64,000 bases of DNA from Deltaproteobacteria bacterium (GCA_023248955.1 JAHFDP010000012.1:1583-65582); one strand, 5' to 3'; counted from the stretch's first letter, positions 28,941 through 39,623 are shown. The notes: a model not told the origin generated them from the letters alone. Program-made: numbers and translations.

Positions 28941-30578
28941 TTAGGACGAAATGTCAACTTCAAGATCGTTCTCCACCGCCGGCAACTCGGGCGCGTGTCC
29001 GGCGAGCTGCACGTCCTTCGCCCGCGCAGTCATGGCCTCGAGATCCTGCGCGGAGAGCCCGCTGGAAAGATTGAGCGTGGTCGACGTCGACTGCCCCGTC
29101 TCCTTGTCGCGCGCGCTGACGTTGACGATACCGTTGGTGTCGATCTCAAACCTCACTTCGATCTTCACCTCGCCGCGGTAGGCCGCGCGAAAGCCAGAAA
29201 AATCGAATTCACCGAGCAGCGTGCACGCCGCGGCTTTGCTGTTCTCGCCCTGGTAGACACGGATCTTCACGTGGTCTTGGCCATCGCGGCTGGTTGTGAA
29301 AGCTTTGGATCGCTCGATGGGAATCGGCGTATTTTTGTCAATAATCTTTTCAGTGTATCCGCCCACCGTGCCGATGCGCAACGTCAGCGGCGTCACGTCC
29401 AGCAGATAGTGATCGCTCTTGGAATTCACCAACGACTGACCCTGAATGGCTGCGCCGATGGCGACCACCTCGTCTGGATCGACCTCGGCCATGGGCTCTT
29501 TGCCGAAGTAGTGCTTCACGCTTGAACGGATGATAGGCAACCGTGTTGGCCCGCCGACCAGCACCACCGCGTCGAGATCCGCCGCGGTCATCCGCACCGA
29601 TTGCAGTGCCTCGTCGCAGACTTTGAAGGTCCGCTGCACCAGGTCCATGGTCATCTGGTTGAAGAGCTGCTCGGGCAACGTGGCGGTCAAATCCAAAACT
29701 TGGCCCGCAGGATTTTGGCAGATACCGGGCACGTGGACCTTCGCGGCGCCATCGCGGCCAACGTCGATCTTCGCTTTCTCGCCGGCTTCTTTGAGCATCT
29801 GCAGACAAAATTTATTGAGCCGCAAATCGATGCCGTGTTGCGCCACGAACTGCTCGGCCAACCAGGTCATGATTCGCTCGTCGAAATCGTCGCCGCCCAG
29901 ATACGTGTCGCCTGCCGTCGAGAGCACTTCGAACACGTCTTTGCCGATCTCCAAAATCGAAATGTCGAAGGTGCCGCCGCCGAGATCGTAGACAGCAATG
30001 CGCTGCGAAACATCGCGCCCAAACCCGAACGCCAGCGCCGCGGCGGTGGGCTCGTTCAAGATGCGCAGCACCTCGAGACCAGCGATGCGACCCGCGTCCT
30101 TGGTGGCCTGGCGCTGGTTGTCGTTGAAAAACGCCGGCACCGTGACCACGGCTTTGGTCACCGGGCGGCCGAGTGACGTCTCCACCATCGACTTCAATTC
30201 CTTGAGCACCAGCGCACTGATTTCCGGCAGCGAATAGAGCTGCTCGCGCACCTGAATGCGCACCGCGCTGTTCTCGCCCTCGACGATTCGGTAGGGCATC
30301 AGCGCTTGCGCTTTTTTCACTTCGTCGGAAAAGTAGAAGCGGCCGATGAGTCGTTTGGCGCTGTAGACCGTACTCTCGGCATTCGTGATGACGTTGCGCT
30401 TGGCCGCGTTGCCGACGAGGACCGTGCCGTCTTCCAGAAAGCTCACGACGGAGGCGTGTGTTCGCTCTCCCCACTCATTGGCCACGACCATCGGCCGACC
30501 GTCTTTTAGGATCGCGACGCAGCTGTAACTGGTGCCGAGATCGATGCCGATGGCAATGGGATCGGAGTCGTCGCTCAA
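28941..30578 (-). CDS. Hsp70 family protein (DnaK paralogue lacking the lid)
   Basis: [31 protein letters not shown]; ends shortly after the substrate-binding beta domain; TTG start inferred. Confidence 0.9.
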   Translation of the reverse strand: MSDDSDPIAIGIDLGTSYSCVAILKDGRPMVVANEWGERTHASVVSFLEDGTVLVGNAAKRNVITNAESTVYSAKRLIGRFYFSDEVKKAQALMPYRIVEGENSAVRIQVREQLYSLPEISALVLKELKSMVETSLGRPVTKAVVTVPAFFNDNQRQATKDAGRIAGLEVLRILNEPTAAALAFGFGRDVSQRIAVYDLGGGTFDISILEIGKDVFEVLSTAGDTYLGGDDFDERIMTWLAEQFVAQHGIDLRLNKFCLQMLKEAGEKAKIDVGRDGAAKVHVPGICQNPAGQVLDLTATLPEQLFNQMTMDLVQRTFKVCDEALQSVRMTAADLDAVVLVGGPTRLPIIRSSVKHYFGKEPMAEVDPDEVVAIGAAIQGQSLVNSKSDHYLLDVTPLTLRIGTVGGYTEKIIDKNTPIPIERSKAFTTSRDGQDHVKIRVYQGENSKAAACTLLGEFDFSGFRAAYRGEVKIEVRFEIDTNGIVNVSARDKETGQSTSTTLNLSSGLSAQDLEAMTARAKDVQLAGHAPELPAVENDLEVDISS

Positions 30579-30671
30579 AGTGTGCCAATTGTACACCAAG
30601 GCGTTCTGTTGCCCCGATGTTGCGTCGCCGCTTGCGCGCCGTTCAATGAGCTACATAATCAAACAAAGACC

Positions 30672-31454
30672 ATGGCCAACTTTCTCGCCCTCCTTCAAAC
30701 CGACGCCGCACTCTTGCAGTGCCAGCTGGCGCGTCTCGCGGTCGACTCGCCGCTCGCTGCCATACCGGATGCACCGGTTGGCGTCGGATATTTTCAGAGT
30801 AACGATGTCCTCCTTCGCAAACGGCCGTTCGCTGGTCCGTCGCCTTTTTCGCTCGCGCGCGATGTCAGCAGCGAATGCTTGGTGGTGGCTACGGGCGCCG
30901 CGTCCGCCGGCGCTTACAGCGAGGAGTCGACTTCGCCGTTTCGGTTTCGGCATTGGCTCTGGGCGTACGCCGGCGCGCACGAAGCAGTGGCCGACGTGCA
31001 GCCCACACTCCTCGCTTCGCTTCCCGATCATCTCCAGCGACAGCTCGCCGGATCGTCCGCCGCGGAAGCGCTTTTCCTCTCGTTTCTAGAAGCGCTGCGT
31101 GGCGGCGGACAACCTACCGATGATCTGGAACTCGATCTCCCCGGCGCCGCAAAAGCACTCGGCAGCACGCTCGAGAAAGTCAGCTCGCCTCTGGCCGTCT
31201 GCGCCACCAATGGACGCGCTCTCTTGGCGGCGGGCCGTGGCGTTCCGCTCTCCTACACCCTCTTGGAAGGACTTCTTCCCTGCCCCGTTCATGGGCTCGA
31301 CGAACGGGCCGCGGATCTGCGTGACAACGTCCGCGCGCATCGAATGGCCAAGGCCGTGGCGCTCACAAGTCGAGCGGCGGAAGGATCTTGGATCGCGGTA
31401 CCGGACGGGCGCGTGGTGACGATTTCGCGCATGCTGCAAGTAGCCGTGCTGTAA
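30672..31454 (+). CDS. Class II glutamine amidotransferase-like protein
   Basis: GVGYF, SPFRFRHWLWAYAG, GSSAAEALF (EgtC/YafJ-like); no N-terminal Cys. Confidence 0.65.
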   Translation: MANFLALLQTDAALLQCQLARLAVDSPLAAIPDAPVGVGYFQSNDVLLRKRPFAGPSPFSLARDVSSECLVVATGAASAGAYSEESTSPFRFRHWLWAYAGAHEAVADVQPTLLASLPDHLQRQLAGSSAAEALFLSFLEALRGGGQPTDDLELDLPGAAKALGSTLEKVSSPLAVCATNGRALLAAGRGVPLSYTLLEGLLPCPVHGLDERAADLRDNVRAHRMAKAVALTSRAAEGSWIAVPDGRVVTISRMLQVAVL

Positions 31455-31474
31455 TACAAACATCCTACAACCGA

Positions 31475-32209
31475 TCATCCGTAAAAAGAGGCCTCCAGGA
31501 AGGCCAAGAAAACATTGCTCGTCCCGTGAACAAGCGCGGCGCCGGCAACTGTTCCGGTGCGACCGCGTATCCATCCGAAGAGAAGGGCTGGGAAGAAAAC
31601 GCCCAACCGCCACGGCGCCGGCTCCAAAAGATGACCGACCGCGAAGAGCGCCGCGGTGACGAAGAAAGCGCGGCCCATCGGCACACCGAGAAATCGCACG
31701 GCGCGCGCGCCAGGCGGCCAACCGCGCTCGAGAAGCGTCTGCATGTACCCGCGGTAAAAAAATTCTTCCGCGACCGCCACGGCGGCGTTGCCCGCGCACA
31801 GCTCTAGAAACTTTTCGGGAAGGCGCAGCGAGAAGGCATGCGGCGTCCCATACGGCGCCAACAGCGCGGCGAGCGTTGGTGGAAGCCGCGGCAGCGACCA
31901 GGCGAACGCGGAAAAAGCAACGGCAAAGAGCGGAAAAATAATCGCCATCACGATCAACGCATGCGCCAAATCGCGCGGCCATCGAGCGAGCGAGAGTCCA
32001 TAGTCGGCATGGACTTCGCCGCGGCGACGAAAATAAAATTCCGGTCCGTAGAGAAACGCGGCCACGGCGACGGCACCGGTGAGTGCACCCGCAGGAGGAA
32101 TCACCCGCGCGAGAACGAATTTGAAGAGCGCGATGCCACCTAAGCAAATCACCCACAGTGAAATCGATTCGCGGAGCGCGGCGGGACCAGTGGGGCGCGA
32201 TTGGTTCAC
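31475..32209 (-). CDS. CPBP/Abi (type II CAAX) intramembrane glutamic protease, myxosortase-like
   Basis: EEFFYRGY, FAVGH and HGTSN motifs; multiple TM helices; GTG start inferred. Confidence 0.85.
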   Translation of the reverse strand: MNQSRPTGPAALRESISLWVICLGGIALFKFVLARVIPPAGALTGAVAVAAFLYGPEFYFRRRGEVHADYGLSLARWPRDLAHALIVMAIIFPLFAVAFSAFAWSLPRLPPTLAALLAPYGTPHAFSLRLPEKFLELCAGNAAVAVAEEFFYRGYMQTLLERGWPPGARAVRFLGVPMGRAFFVTAALFAVGHLLEPAPWRLGVFFPALLFGWIRGRTGTVAGAALVHGTSNVFLAFLEASFYG

Positions 32210-32255
32210 GAAGTTTCGCAGCGTAACGCATTCCCGTGCTAGTCGTTTACTCACC

Positions 32256-33056
32256 ATGCGAACAACCACCCTTGCCACGATCCTCCTCTGTGCCGCTTGC
32301 AACATCGACACGAGCTCGCTCACCGCCACCCGCTATTTGGCGGCCACGATCGTCGATTCACCCGCGGTCACCATCGGTGGCAGCACGCAGCCTGGCGCCG
32401 CGGCGTTCACGGCCTACTTCGGCGACATCGACGTGACCAAAGGCGTTGCCGCGGATGCGCTCACGCCGCGCCCTGGCGCCCTCATGACGCTGACCTGGAA
32501 GTCCGCGAACGGCACCGACAACAGCGTCAACATCGCCGACAATGGCGGCGGCGCCTATGGCGTGACGTCAGCAAACAGCAAGTTGGCCGTCGAGCAGACC
32601 AAGTACACGCTGACCATTACTTTCTCAGGCAGCACCTACACAGCGACGGTGACGCCGGGCGCGCCGGTGCAGATGACCAACTTCTCGGCGCAGCCAGTTC
32701 TCGCGTGGAAGAAGACGGACGATTTCGCGGCGATTCGCGCGGACGGTGGCGGCTCCAGCAATCCGCCGGCGTTTTTGACCGTGGGTAAAATCAACACCGC
32801 CGATCCGACCAACAGCTCGAACATCACGTTCACTACGGTGCCACGCGATGCCGCTTCGCTCTTGCAGTTCGTGGTGGACGACAGCGCGTTTCACAAGTCG
32901 CCGGTGACCGCGCCCGCGGCGCAAGCGTTTCCGACGGCGGGGCCGTATGCGGTGCTGCTGTCGGCGGCGGTGAAGGGAAACACCGGGTCGAATCTTTTCG
33001 TCGGCAGCCTCTTCATGGCCACGTCCAGCTCGGCGGGTGCGTTGAACGTGCAGTAA
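32256..33056 (+). CDS. Putative lipoprotein
   Basis: MRTTTLATILLCAAC lipobox; beta-rich, Thr/Ser/Gly-rich body. Confidence 0.65.
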   Translation: MRTTTLATILLCAACNIDTSSLTATRYLAATIVDSPAVTIGGSTQPGAAAFTAYFGDIDVTKGVAADALTPRPGALMTLTWKSANGTDNSVNIADNGGGAYGVTSANSKLAVEQTKYTLTITFSGSTYTATVTPGAPVQMTNFSAQPVLAWKKTDDFAAIRADGGGSSNPPAFLTVGKINTADPTNSSNITFTTVPRDAASLLQFVVDDSAFHKSPVTAPAAQAFPTAGPYAVLLSAAVKGNTGSNLFVGSLFMATSSSAGALNVQ

Positions 33057-33058
33057 GC

Positions 33059-35503
33059 GTGCAGCCGCTCCCAATCGATCCCCTTCTTCCGGAGATCGTT
33101 GCGCGTGTGCGCGAATCGTCCGCGTTGGTACTGGAAGCCGAGCCTGGCGCTGGAAAAACCACACGCGTGCCTCGCGCGTTGCTCGACGGGGGACTCCTCG
33201 CGCGTGGCGAAGTCCTGGTGCTCGAACCGCGCCGTTTGGCCGCGCGACTCGCCGCCCGCCGCGTGGCCGAAGAGCTCGGCGAAAAAGTTGGCGAGACCGC
33301 CGGTTACCAAGTTCGCTTCGAGGACGTCTCGAGCAAAGCCACGCGGATTCGCTTTGTCACCGACGGCGTGCTGACGCGCCGGCTTCTGCGCGATCCCGAT
33401 CTCGCCGGCGTGACGGCCGTGATCGCCGACGAATTTCACGAGCGGCGTCTCGAGAGCGATGTCTGTTTGGCGCTCCTGGCGCGTCTCCAAAAAACGACGC
33501 GGCCCGATCTCAAACTCATCGTCATGTCGGCCACGCTCGACGCCACGCCGGTGCAGGCCTATCTCGGCGCGAAGGCAATGCGCGCACCGGGACGACGTTT
33601 CGAGGTGGCGCTCGACTACGCCACGCAACTCGACACGCGGCCTTTGCACACACAAATCGCCAACGCAGTCACGCGGCTCGCCGAAGGAAACGGACACATC
33701 CTGGTGTTTCTCCCTGGTGCGGGCGAAATTCGACGCGCGCTGGAGTCGTGCGAAGCGATCGCAAAAAAATACGATCTCGCGCTCTTGCCGCTCCACGGCG
33801 ATCTTTCGCCCGAGGCGCAGGACCGCGTGGTGAAGCGTGACTCGCAGCGCAAAGTCATTCTCTCCACCAACGTGGCCGAAAGCTCGGTCACCATCGACGG
33901 CGTCGGCGCGGTGGTGGACAGCGGACTGGCGCGCGTGGCGGCTTGCGCGGTCTGGTCGGGCCTGACGAGTCTGCGCGTGCAGCGCGTCAGCAAAGCTTCA
34001 GCCACGCAGCGCGCGGGCCGCGCGGGTCGCACGCAAGTGGGGCGCTGCTTGCGCCTCTACACGCTGCACGATTTCCAGACCCGACCGGATCACGAAGAGC
34101 CAGAAATTCGCCGGCTCGATCTCGCGCAGACCGCGCTGGAGCTACATGCTGAAGGGATCGACCCACGCACGCTGGCTTGGTTTGAAGCACCGAGCCGTGT
34201 TGCGCTCGATGTCGCCGAAACGCTGCTCGTTGCACTCGGCGCGATCGACGTAACGCGCGGCGTGACCAGCCTCGGTCGGCGCATGCTGCGCTTGCCACTT
34301 CATCCGCGGCTCTCTCGCCTGGTGCTGGAAGCCGAGACGCGCGGCGCCGGACGTGAGGGTGCGCTGCTTGCGGCGCTGCTCAGTGAACGCGCGCACACGG
34401 GCGATCCCTTCGCGGTGGGCCGTCGCGCGACGATGGTGACCGCGGACTCCGATCCGATCGAGCTGATGGAGGCGCATCTCGCCGATCCGCGCAACGGCAC
34501 CGTGGATCGCGTGCACCGGCAGATCGTGCGCAACGTCACTGCATCGACGGCCCGCGGGCCCGCCGTGGACGCGGCTTTGCGCATGGCGCTGCTCGCTGCC
34601 TTCCCCGATCGCGTGGCGCGCCGTCGCACCGTTTCCGGAAGTCGTGCGCCTTCGCGTGAGTTCGTCTTTGCGCGCGGTGGCGGCGCGCAGCTCGCGGAAA
34701 CATCGGCGGTGCGCGACGCCGAATTTCTAGTGGCCGTTGATGCACAAGAGGAGCCGCGTGGCGTGCTGGTGCGATCGGCCAGCGCCATCGATCCCGACTG
34801 GCTGCTCGACATCGTTCCGTCGGGCGTCGAGGAGAAAAACGAGCTTTTGTGGAACGAACGGCTTGCGCGCGTGGAGGCGGTGTCGCGCGTGATGTTCGGA
34901 AATCTCGTTCTCGACGAGCGTCAAACAACGCCCGAACCCAAAGCTGCGGCACGGCTGCTCTTCGAGCGGGCCCGGAGCGATCTGGCGCACGTGCTCGGCG
35001 ATCGTGCCAACCTCGATCGATTCGTCTTGCGCGTGAACTTCGTCGCCATCCACTTGGCTGAAGTAGGAATTGAGCCGTTTTCCCCCACGGCGATCGAGAA
35101 CGCCCTTGCTGCGGCATGTCTTGGACACACGCGCTTCGACGAGTTGAACGCCGAAGCGATCGAAGCGCATCTGCGCGGAAAAATCACGCCGCGACAATTG
35201 GCGCAGCTCGACGAGCTCGCGCCCGAGCAGGTCACCTTGGCGGCAGGACGGCGCGTTCGCGTGACTTACGAATCGAACCAGCCGCCGTGGGTCGCGTCCC
35301 GCCTCCAGGATTTTTTCGGAATGGCGCGTGGACCTGCCATCGCCAAAGGGCGCGTCCCACTGGTTCTGCACCTACTGGCGCCCAATCAGCGGCCGGTGCA
35401 GGTGACCACGGATCTGGCGGGATTTTGGATCAAGCACTACCCGGCGCTGCGCAAGGAGTTGATGCGGCGTTATCCGCGGCATGCTTGGCCGGAGAAGCCG
35501 TGA
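33059..35503 (+). CDS. hrpB: ATP-dependent RNA helicase HrpB
   Basis: GAGKTT, DEFHER, MSAT, QRAGRAGR, RLQDFFG, RYPRHAWP. Confidence 0.95.
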   Translation: MQPLPIDPLLPEIVARVRESSALVLEAEPGAGKTTRVPRALLDGGLLARGEVLVLEPRRLAARLAARRVAEELGEKVGETAGYQVRFEDVSSKATRIRFVTDGVLTRRLLRDPDLAGVTAVIADEFHERRLESDVCLALLARLQKTTRPDLKLIVMSATLDATPVQAYLGAKAMRAPGRRFEVALDYATQLDTRPLHTQIANAVTRLAEGNGHILVFLPGAGEIRRALESCEAIAKKYDLALLPLHGDLSPEAQDRVVKRDSQRKVILSTNVAESSVTIDGVGAVVDSGLARVAACAVWSGLTSLRVQRVSKASATQRAGRAGRTQVGRCLRLYTLHDFQTRPDHEEPEIRRLDLAQTALELHAEGIDPRTLAWFEAPSRVALDVAETLLVALGAIDVTRGVTSLGRRMLRLPLHPRLSRLVLEAETRGAGREGALLAALLSERAHTGDPFAVGRRATMVTADSDPIELMEAHLADPRNGTVDRVHRQIVRNVTASTARGPAVDAALRMALLAAFPDRVARRRTVSGSRAPSREFVFARGGGAQLAETSAVRDAEFLVAVDAQEEPRGVLVRSASAIDPDWLLDIVPSGVEEKNELLWNERLARVEAVSRVMFGNLVLDERQTTPEPKAAARLLFERARSDLAHVLGDRANLDRFVLRVNFVAIHLAEVGIEPFSPTAIENALAAACLGHTRFDELNAEAIEAHLRGKITPRQLAQLDELAPEQVTLAAGRRVRVTYESNQPPWVASRLQDFFGMARGPAIAKGRVPLVLHLLAPNQRPVQVTTDLAGFWIKHYPALRKELMRRYPRHAWPEKP

Positions 35504-35902
35504 TCAATCTCGAATCCAGTCCTCGATAGCGACTCCTGGAATACGCGCGTAGTGTCGCCGATTCCCAGTAACGACGACCGCGCGCTGAGCCACCGCGATC
35601 GCGCCGATAAAAAGATCGGCGTCGGCCAGACGCTGCCCCTGGCGCTCGAGAAGCGCCTTGGCCTCTCCGAAGATCTGGACCGAAATCTCGTCAAATCCGA
35701 AGACCGGTAGCGTCGCCAGAAACCCCGTCACCAGCGCTCGATTCCTTTCGACGTCTCTGGACTTTGCGGCACCGTAATAAAGTTCCGCGGCCGTGATCCA
35801 GGTTGTCCCCACATCGTCCGCCGTCGCAGCCCGACGTCCGATGACCGTTTCGTTGCCGCGTAAAATGGCGATGCACGTATCGGTGTCAAGGAGCCTCACC
35901 AA
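35504..35902 (-). CDS. vapC: VapC-type PIN domain toxin
   Basis: LLDTDTCI, AELYYG, DLFIGA, VTGNRRHY. Confidence 0.9.
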   Translation of the reverse strand: MVRLLDTDTCIAILRGNETVIGRRAATADDVGTTWITAAELYYGAAKSRDVERNRALVTGFLATLPVFGFDEISVQIFGEAKALLERQGQRLADADLFIGAIAVAQRAVVVTGNRRHYARIPGVAIEDWIRD

Positions 35903-36177
35903 TCGACCTCACGTCCGGAGCTGCGCCGTTTCATGAGCCGCTTGGTTTCGGTCGCGAGGTCCGTGTCCGATTTCCACTTTCCAGCGAGCTTGCGCCAGGC
36001 CGCTAGCTGCGTCTTCACGTGCGCAGGCGGCGAGGCTCCCTGAACCCCACGGGCCCGGAGCGCAGCATCCATGAGATGGAGGATCTCCTGCGTAAGGCTT
36101 CGGCGATCATTCAACGCCGCTTGACGCAAACCACGGAGAAGAACGTCCGGCATGTTTTTGAGTGTGAGCGAAGACAT
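35896..36177 (-). CDS. Ribbon-helix-helix antitoxin (FitA/VapB-like)
   Basis: MSSLTLKNMPD...RRSLTQEI; GGAGG RBS; overlaps the toxin start. Confidence 0.8.
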   Translation of the reverse strand: MSSLTLKNMPDVLLRGLRQAALNDRRSLTQEILHLMDAALRARGVQGASPPAHVKTQLAAWRKLAGKWKSDTDLATETKRLMKRRSSGREVDW

Positions 36178-36189
36178 GGGCACCTCCGT

Positions 36190-36217
36190 GGAACCTTGAT
36201 GCAACCATTATGGTTCC
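36190..36217. promoter_or_regulatory. Possible antitoxin operator palindrome
   Basis: aaccat-t-atggtt (36203-36215) within ggaacc...ggttcc, just upstream of the TA operon. Confidence 0.35.
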
Positions 36218-36323
36218 GACGCCGCCTTTCTGTCTACCCCACTCCAAGGGTCGACACTGCTGCCTCAAGCCAACAAGCGTGGCGCCCGCTAATTTTGCAA
36301 CTGTTTAGTGGTAAACTCTGCTC

Positions 36324-39197
36324 GTGCCGCAACCCTTCGCCGAGCGCCTCTTCGAAGTGGCGCTACGCATCCGCCCCGCCGAACAGCGACGCGTAGGGAT
36401 GATGGCGCTCTACTCGTCCTGCGCTATCGGAGCCGTCGTGGTCAGCCGATCCGTGCGCGACGCTCTTTTTCTCGCGCACCGGCCCATCAGCGAGCTGGCT
36501 TGGATGTACGTTTTGGCGTCTCTCGGCGTAGCCGTCGCGAGCTACGGCTACGCGCGCGTCGCTGACCGCATCCGCCGCTCCACGCTCAACGCCGCCTGCG
36601 CCGTGATGGGCGCGATCGCCACGCTTCTGATGCTGTGGGTAGTCTCGCTCGACGAGCACGGCAGCGCCGGCATGAGTTGGGTCTACGCGGTGCTCTATAT
36701 CTTCGTCGAAGTCCTCGGCTCGGTAATCGTGATCCAGTTCTGGACCATGTGCTCCGACCTCTTCAACCCGCGCGAAGCCAAACGCGTCTTCGGACTCATC
36801 GGCGCCGGCGGGACGCTCGCCAACGTGATCTTCGGCTTCGCCATCAAGAGCTTCATCAAGCACGGCCACCACGCGCAGACGCTACTCTACTTCTGCGCGA
36901 TTCTCCTGGTGGCCGTGGCGCTCATCGCCGACGCTGCCGGCAAGCTCTCCGTGGCCGCGCAGCCCGTCAGCGCCGCGCGCCCGCGCAAGGGAATCCGCAT
37001 CGCCCGCGAAGGTCTCTCGGTGCTCGCGTCGCCCCATCTCATCAACGTGGCCGCCATCGCCGGGCTCTCCGCGGCCGCCGTCACCATCATCGACTTCCAA
37101 TTCAAGATCGCCGCCAAGGAATCATTTTCGCAAGATCAGCTGGCCGGATTTTTCGGCAACTTCTACGGCATCTGCGGCGGCATCGCGCTGGCGGTGCAAA
37201 TCTGGCTCACCGGTCGCGTGCTCGAGAAATACGGCATCCTCGCCTCACTGCTGCCGCTGCCCGCCGGCCTTGCGCTGGGCGCCACCACCGGTCTCTTTCA
37301 TCCCGGTTTGATGGCCACGACGTTGTCCAAAGGATCGGACACCATCTTTCGCTACACCATGAACGACGCCTCGATGCAGCTGCTCTACCTGCCCGTTCCC
37401 GCGCAGGTGCGTGGCCGCGCCAAGGCCTTCATCGACGGGATTTTGAAGCCGCTTTCGGTCACCGCGGCCGGCCTCATTCTGCTGGCCTACAAAAAATCGG
37501 AGAACGCCGGCAATCCCGTTCCGCTCACCATCACGGGCCTGCTTCTGGTCACCGGATGGATCGTGCTCCTCGTGCGGGCGCGCGGCGAATATGTCTCGAG
37601 CCTCTTGCACACGCTCGAACGACGCCACCTCGATCTCGAAGCCACCACCGTTGGGCCCACAGGAGAGGGAACTTTGCAAGCACTCTCCTCGGCGCTGGAT
37701 TCAGCGAGCAGCGCCACCATCCTGCACGCCCTCGATCTTTGCCGAAGGGCCACCGGCCGCGATTATGGTCCGCGCGTGACGAAGCTGATCGAACACGCCG
37801 ATCCCGACGTGCGCGCGGCCGCACTGCACTACATCGCCGATCGCGCCGATCGCCGCGCGGTGGCGCAGGTGCGCGCACATCTTTACGATGACGATCCGCG
37901 AGCGCAGGGCGCGGCGGTGCTGGCGCTGTGCGCGTTGGAGCAAGACGCCGCGCTTCCGGAAGTAAAGGGCTTCATGGAGTCAAAATCGCCAACGGTGCGC
38001 GCCGCTACCGTGGTGGGGCTGGTGCGCCACGGTGGGCTCGACGGAATTCTGGCCGCGGCCGAGACGCTCAAAGCGCTGCTGGTCGCTACACCCGTAAGCG
38101 AGCGTGCGCGCGCGGCGGATCTGCTCGGGCAGATCGGCGTCCGCACTTTTTATCGGCCGCTCTTGGCGATGCTGGTGGATCCCGAAGTGGAAGTCCGCCG
38201 CAAGGCCATCGGAGCCGCGGCGAAACTCCATCCGCCCGAGCTCATCCCCTCCCTGCTTCAGTCGATGCGCTACCGCGAAACAGCGCTCGAGGCGACCGTC
38301 GCGCTGGCCAGCTATGGGACGGGCATCGAGAGCGCGCTGCAGACGGTGCTCATCGATCCCACCGCCGATCTTCCGATGCGGCGTGGCGCCGCGATGGTCC
38401 TCGGACGACTCGGTACGCAAGACGCCGCGCTGGCGTTGGTCAAGGGACTCTCCGCGACCCAACCCGAGGTTCGGTCCAAAGTCGCGGCCTCGCTGGCTCG
38501 CCTGGTGCGACGCAACCGGCAAATCGCCATCGATCGTCTGCAGGTCGCCGCGGCGATCACCGGCGAGCTGAAGGGAGCCCGCAACGCACTCGTGGCCGCC
38601 CGTACGTTGGGGCTTCCGACACCCGCACCAAACGCGCGACCGCAAGCGCGAACCGTCGCCGATCTTTTGGGACAGGCCTTGGCCGAGGAACGCGATCGCG
38701 CGGTCGAGCGGGCCCTCGCGATCGTGGCCGTGCTGGTTCCTGACGCGGGTTTGGATGTGGTCTCCGAAGGACTGCGTTCTGAGAACACCGCGCGGCGCGC
38801 CAATGCGGTCGAGGTGCTCGACAACACCGTTCCTGAGCAGTGGAAGCCAGAGCTCTTGATGCTGCTCGAAGAGAGTCGCAAAGGAGCCTCCGCCATCACC
38901 AGCGGCGAACGCACACGCACCGAGGTGTTGGCTGAGCTTCTCGCGAAAGACGGTTGGGTCGGCGCCTGCGCAGCGGCACTGGTCGGCACCGATCGTTTGC
39001 CGCTCGCGCCCGAACTGGAAGCCGCGCTTGGTGCCCACACCCCTTCCCTTCGCGAAGCGGCCGCCGTCGCGCTTCACCGCGTCGATCCGCGACGGGCGCG
39101 CGCCGCCATTGCACCCCTCTACGACGACGAAGTCAGCTCAGTTCGGCGCACGGCCTTGGCTCTCCAACCGAAGGCCGGCTCTGCAGCCTCGGGGTAA
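36324..39197 (+). CDS. Npt/TLC-like nucleotide transporter domain fused to HEAT repeats
   Basis: VRDALFL, QFWT...FNPREAKRVFG, IDFQF, LYLPVP...RAKAFIDG; followed by HEAT-like repeats. Confidence 0.8.
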   Translation: MPQPFAERLFEVALRIRPAEQRRVGMMALYSSCAIGAVVVSRSVRDALFLAHRPISELAWMYVLASLGVAVASYGYARVADRIRRSTLNAACAVMGAIATLLMLWVVSLDEHGSAGMSWVYAVLYIFVEVLGSVIVIQFWTMCSDLFNPREAKRVFGLIGAGGTLANVIFGFAIKSFIKHGHHAQTLLYFCAILLVAVALIADAAGKLSVAAQPVSAARPRKGIRIAREGLSVLASPHLINVAAIAGLSAAAVTIIDFQFKIAAKESFSQDQLAGFFGNFYGICGGIALAVQIWLTGRVLEKYGILASLLPLPAGLALGATTGLFHPGLMATTLSKGSDTIFRYTMNDASMQLLYLPVPAQVRGRAKAFIDGILKPLSVTAAGLILLAYKKSENAGNPVPLTITGLLLVTGWIVLLVRARGEYVSSLLHTLERRHLDLEATTVGPTGEGTLQALSSALDSASSATILHALDLCRRATGRDYGPRVTKLIEHADPDVRAAALHYIADRADRRAVAQVRAHLYDDDPRAQGAAVLALCALEQDAALPEVKGFMESKSPTVRAATVVGLVRHGGLDGILAAAETLKALLVATPVSERARAADLLGQIGVRTFYRPLLAMLVDPEVEVRRKAIGAAAKLHPPELIPSLLQSMRYRETALEATVALASYGTGIESALQTVLIDPTADLPMRRGAAMVLGRLGTQDAALALVKGLSATQPEVRSKVAASLARLVRRNRQIAIDRLQVAAAITGELKGARNALVAARTLGLPTPAPNARPQARTVADLLGQALAEERDRAVERALAIVAVLVPDAGLDVVSEGLRSENTARRANAVEVLDNTVPEQWKPELLMLLEESRKGASAITSGERTRTEVLAELLAKDGWVGACAAALVGTDRLPLAPELEAALGAHTPSLREAAAVALHRVDPRRARAAIAPLYDDEVSSVRRTALALQPKAGSAASG

Positions 39198-39202
39198 ATC
39201 AC

Positions 39203-39619
39203 GTGACGACCATCGTAGAAAAAGTGCTCTTCCTGAAATCGATCGATCTCTTCGGCAGCCTGCCCGGCGAAGACCTAGCGCAGATCGCCGAGATCGCCGA
39301 AGAGGTCGACGCTGAGCCGGGCGATCCGATCATCGTGGAAGGCGAAATGGGTGACTCGCTCTACCTGGTGCTCGAAGGCAAGGTCCGCGTGCACAAAGGC
39401 GAGAAAACGCTGGTGGAGCTGGGCGAGCGACAGGTCGTCGGCGAGATGGCGGTGCTCGACTCCGAACCGCGCAGCGCCAGCGTGACAGCGGCGACACCCA
39501 CGCGGCTTCTGCGCATCGGGCGTGAAGATTTCCGCGACATCATGGCGGAGCGCAGCGAGATCGCCGCGGGCGTCGTGACGACCTTGTCGAGAAGACTGCG
39601 CGAAGCAAACAAGAAGTAA
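39203..39619 (+). CDS. Cyclic nucleotide-binding domain protein
   Basis: VEKVLFLKSIDLF, EGEMGDSLY, GEMAVLDSEPRSASV; GTG start. Confidence 0.9.
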   Translation: MTTIVEKVLFLKSIDLFGSLPGEDLAQIAEIAEEVDAEPGDPIIVEGEMGDSLYLVLEGKVRVHKGEKTLVELGERQVVGEMAVLDSEPRSASVTAATPTRLLRIGREDFRDIMAERSEIAAGVVTTLSRRLREANKK

Positions 39620-39623
39620 CGGC

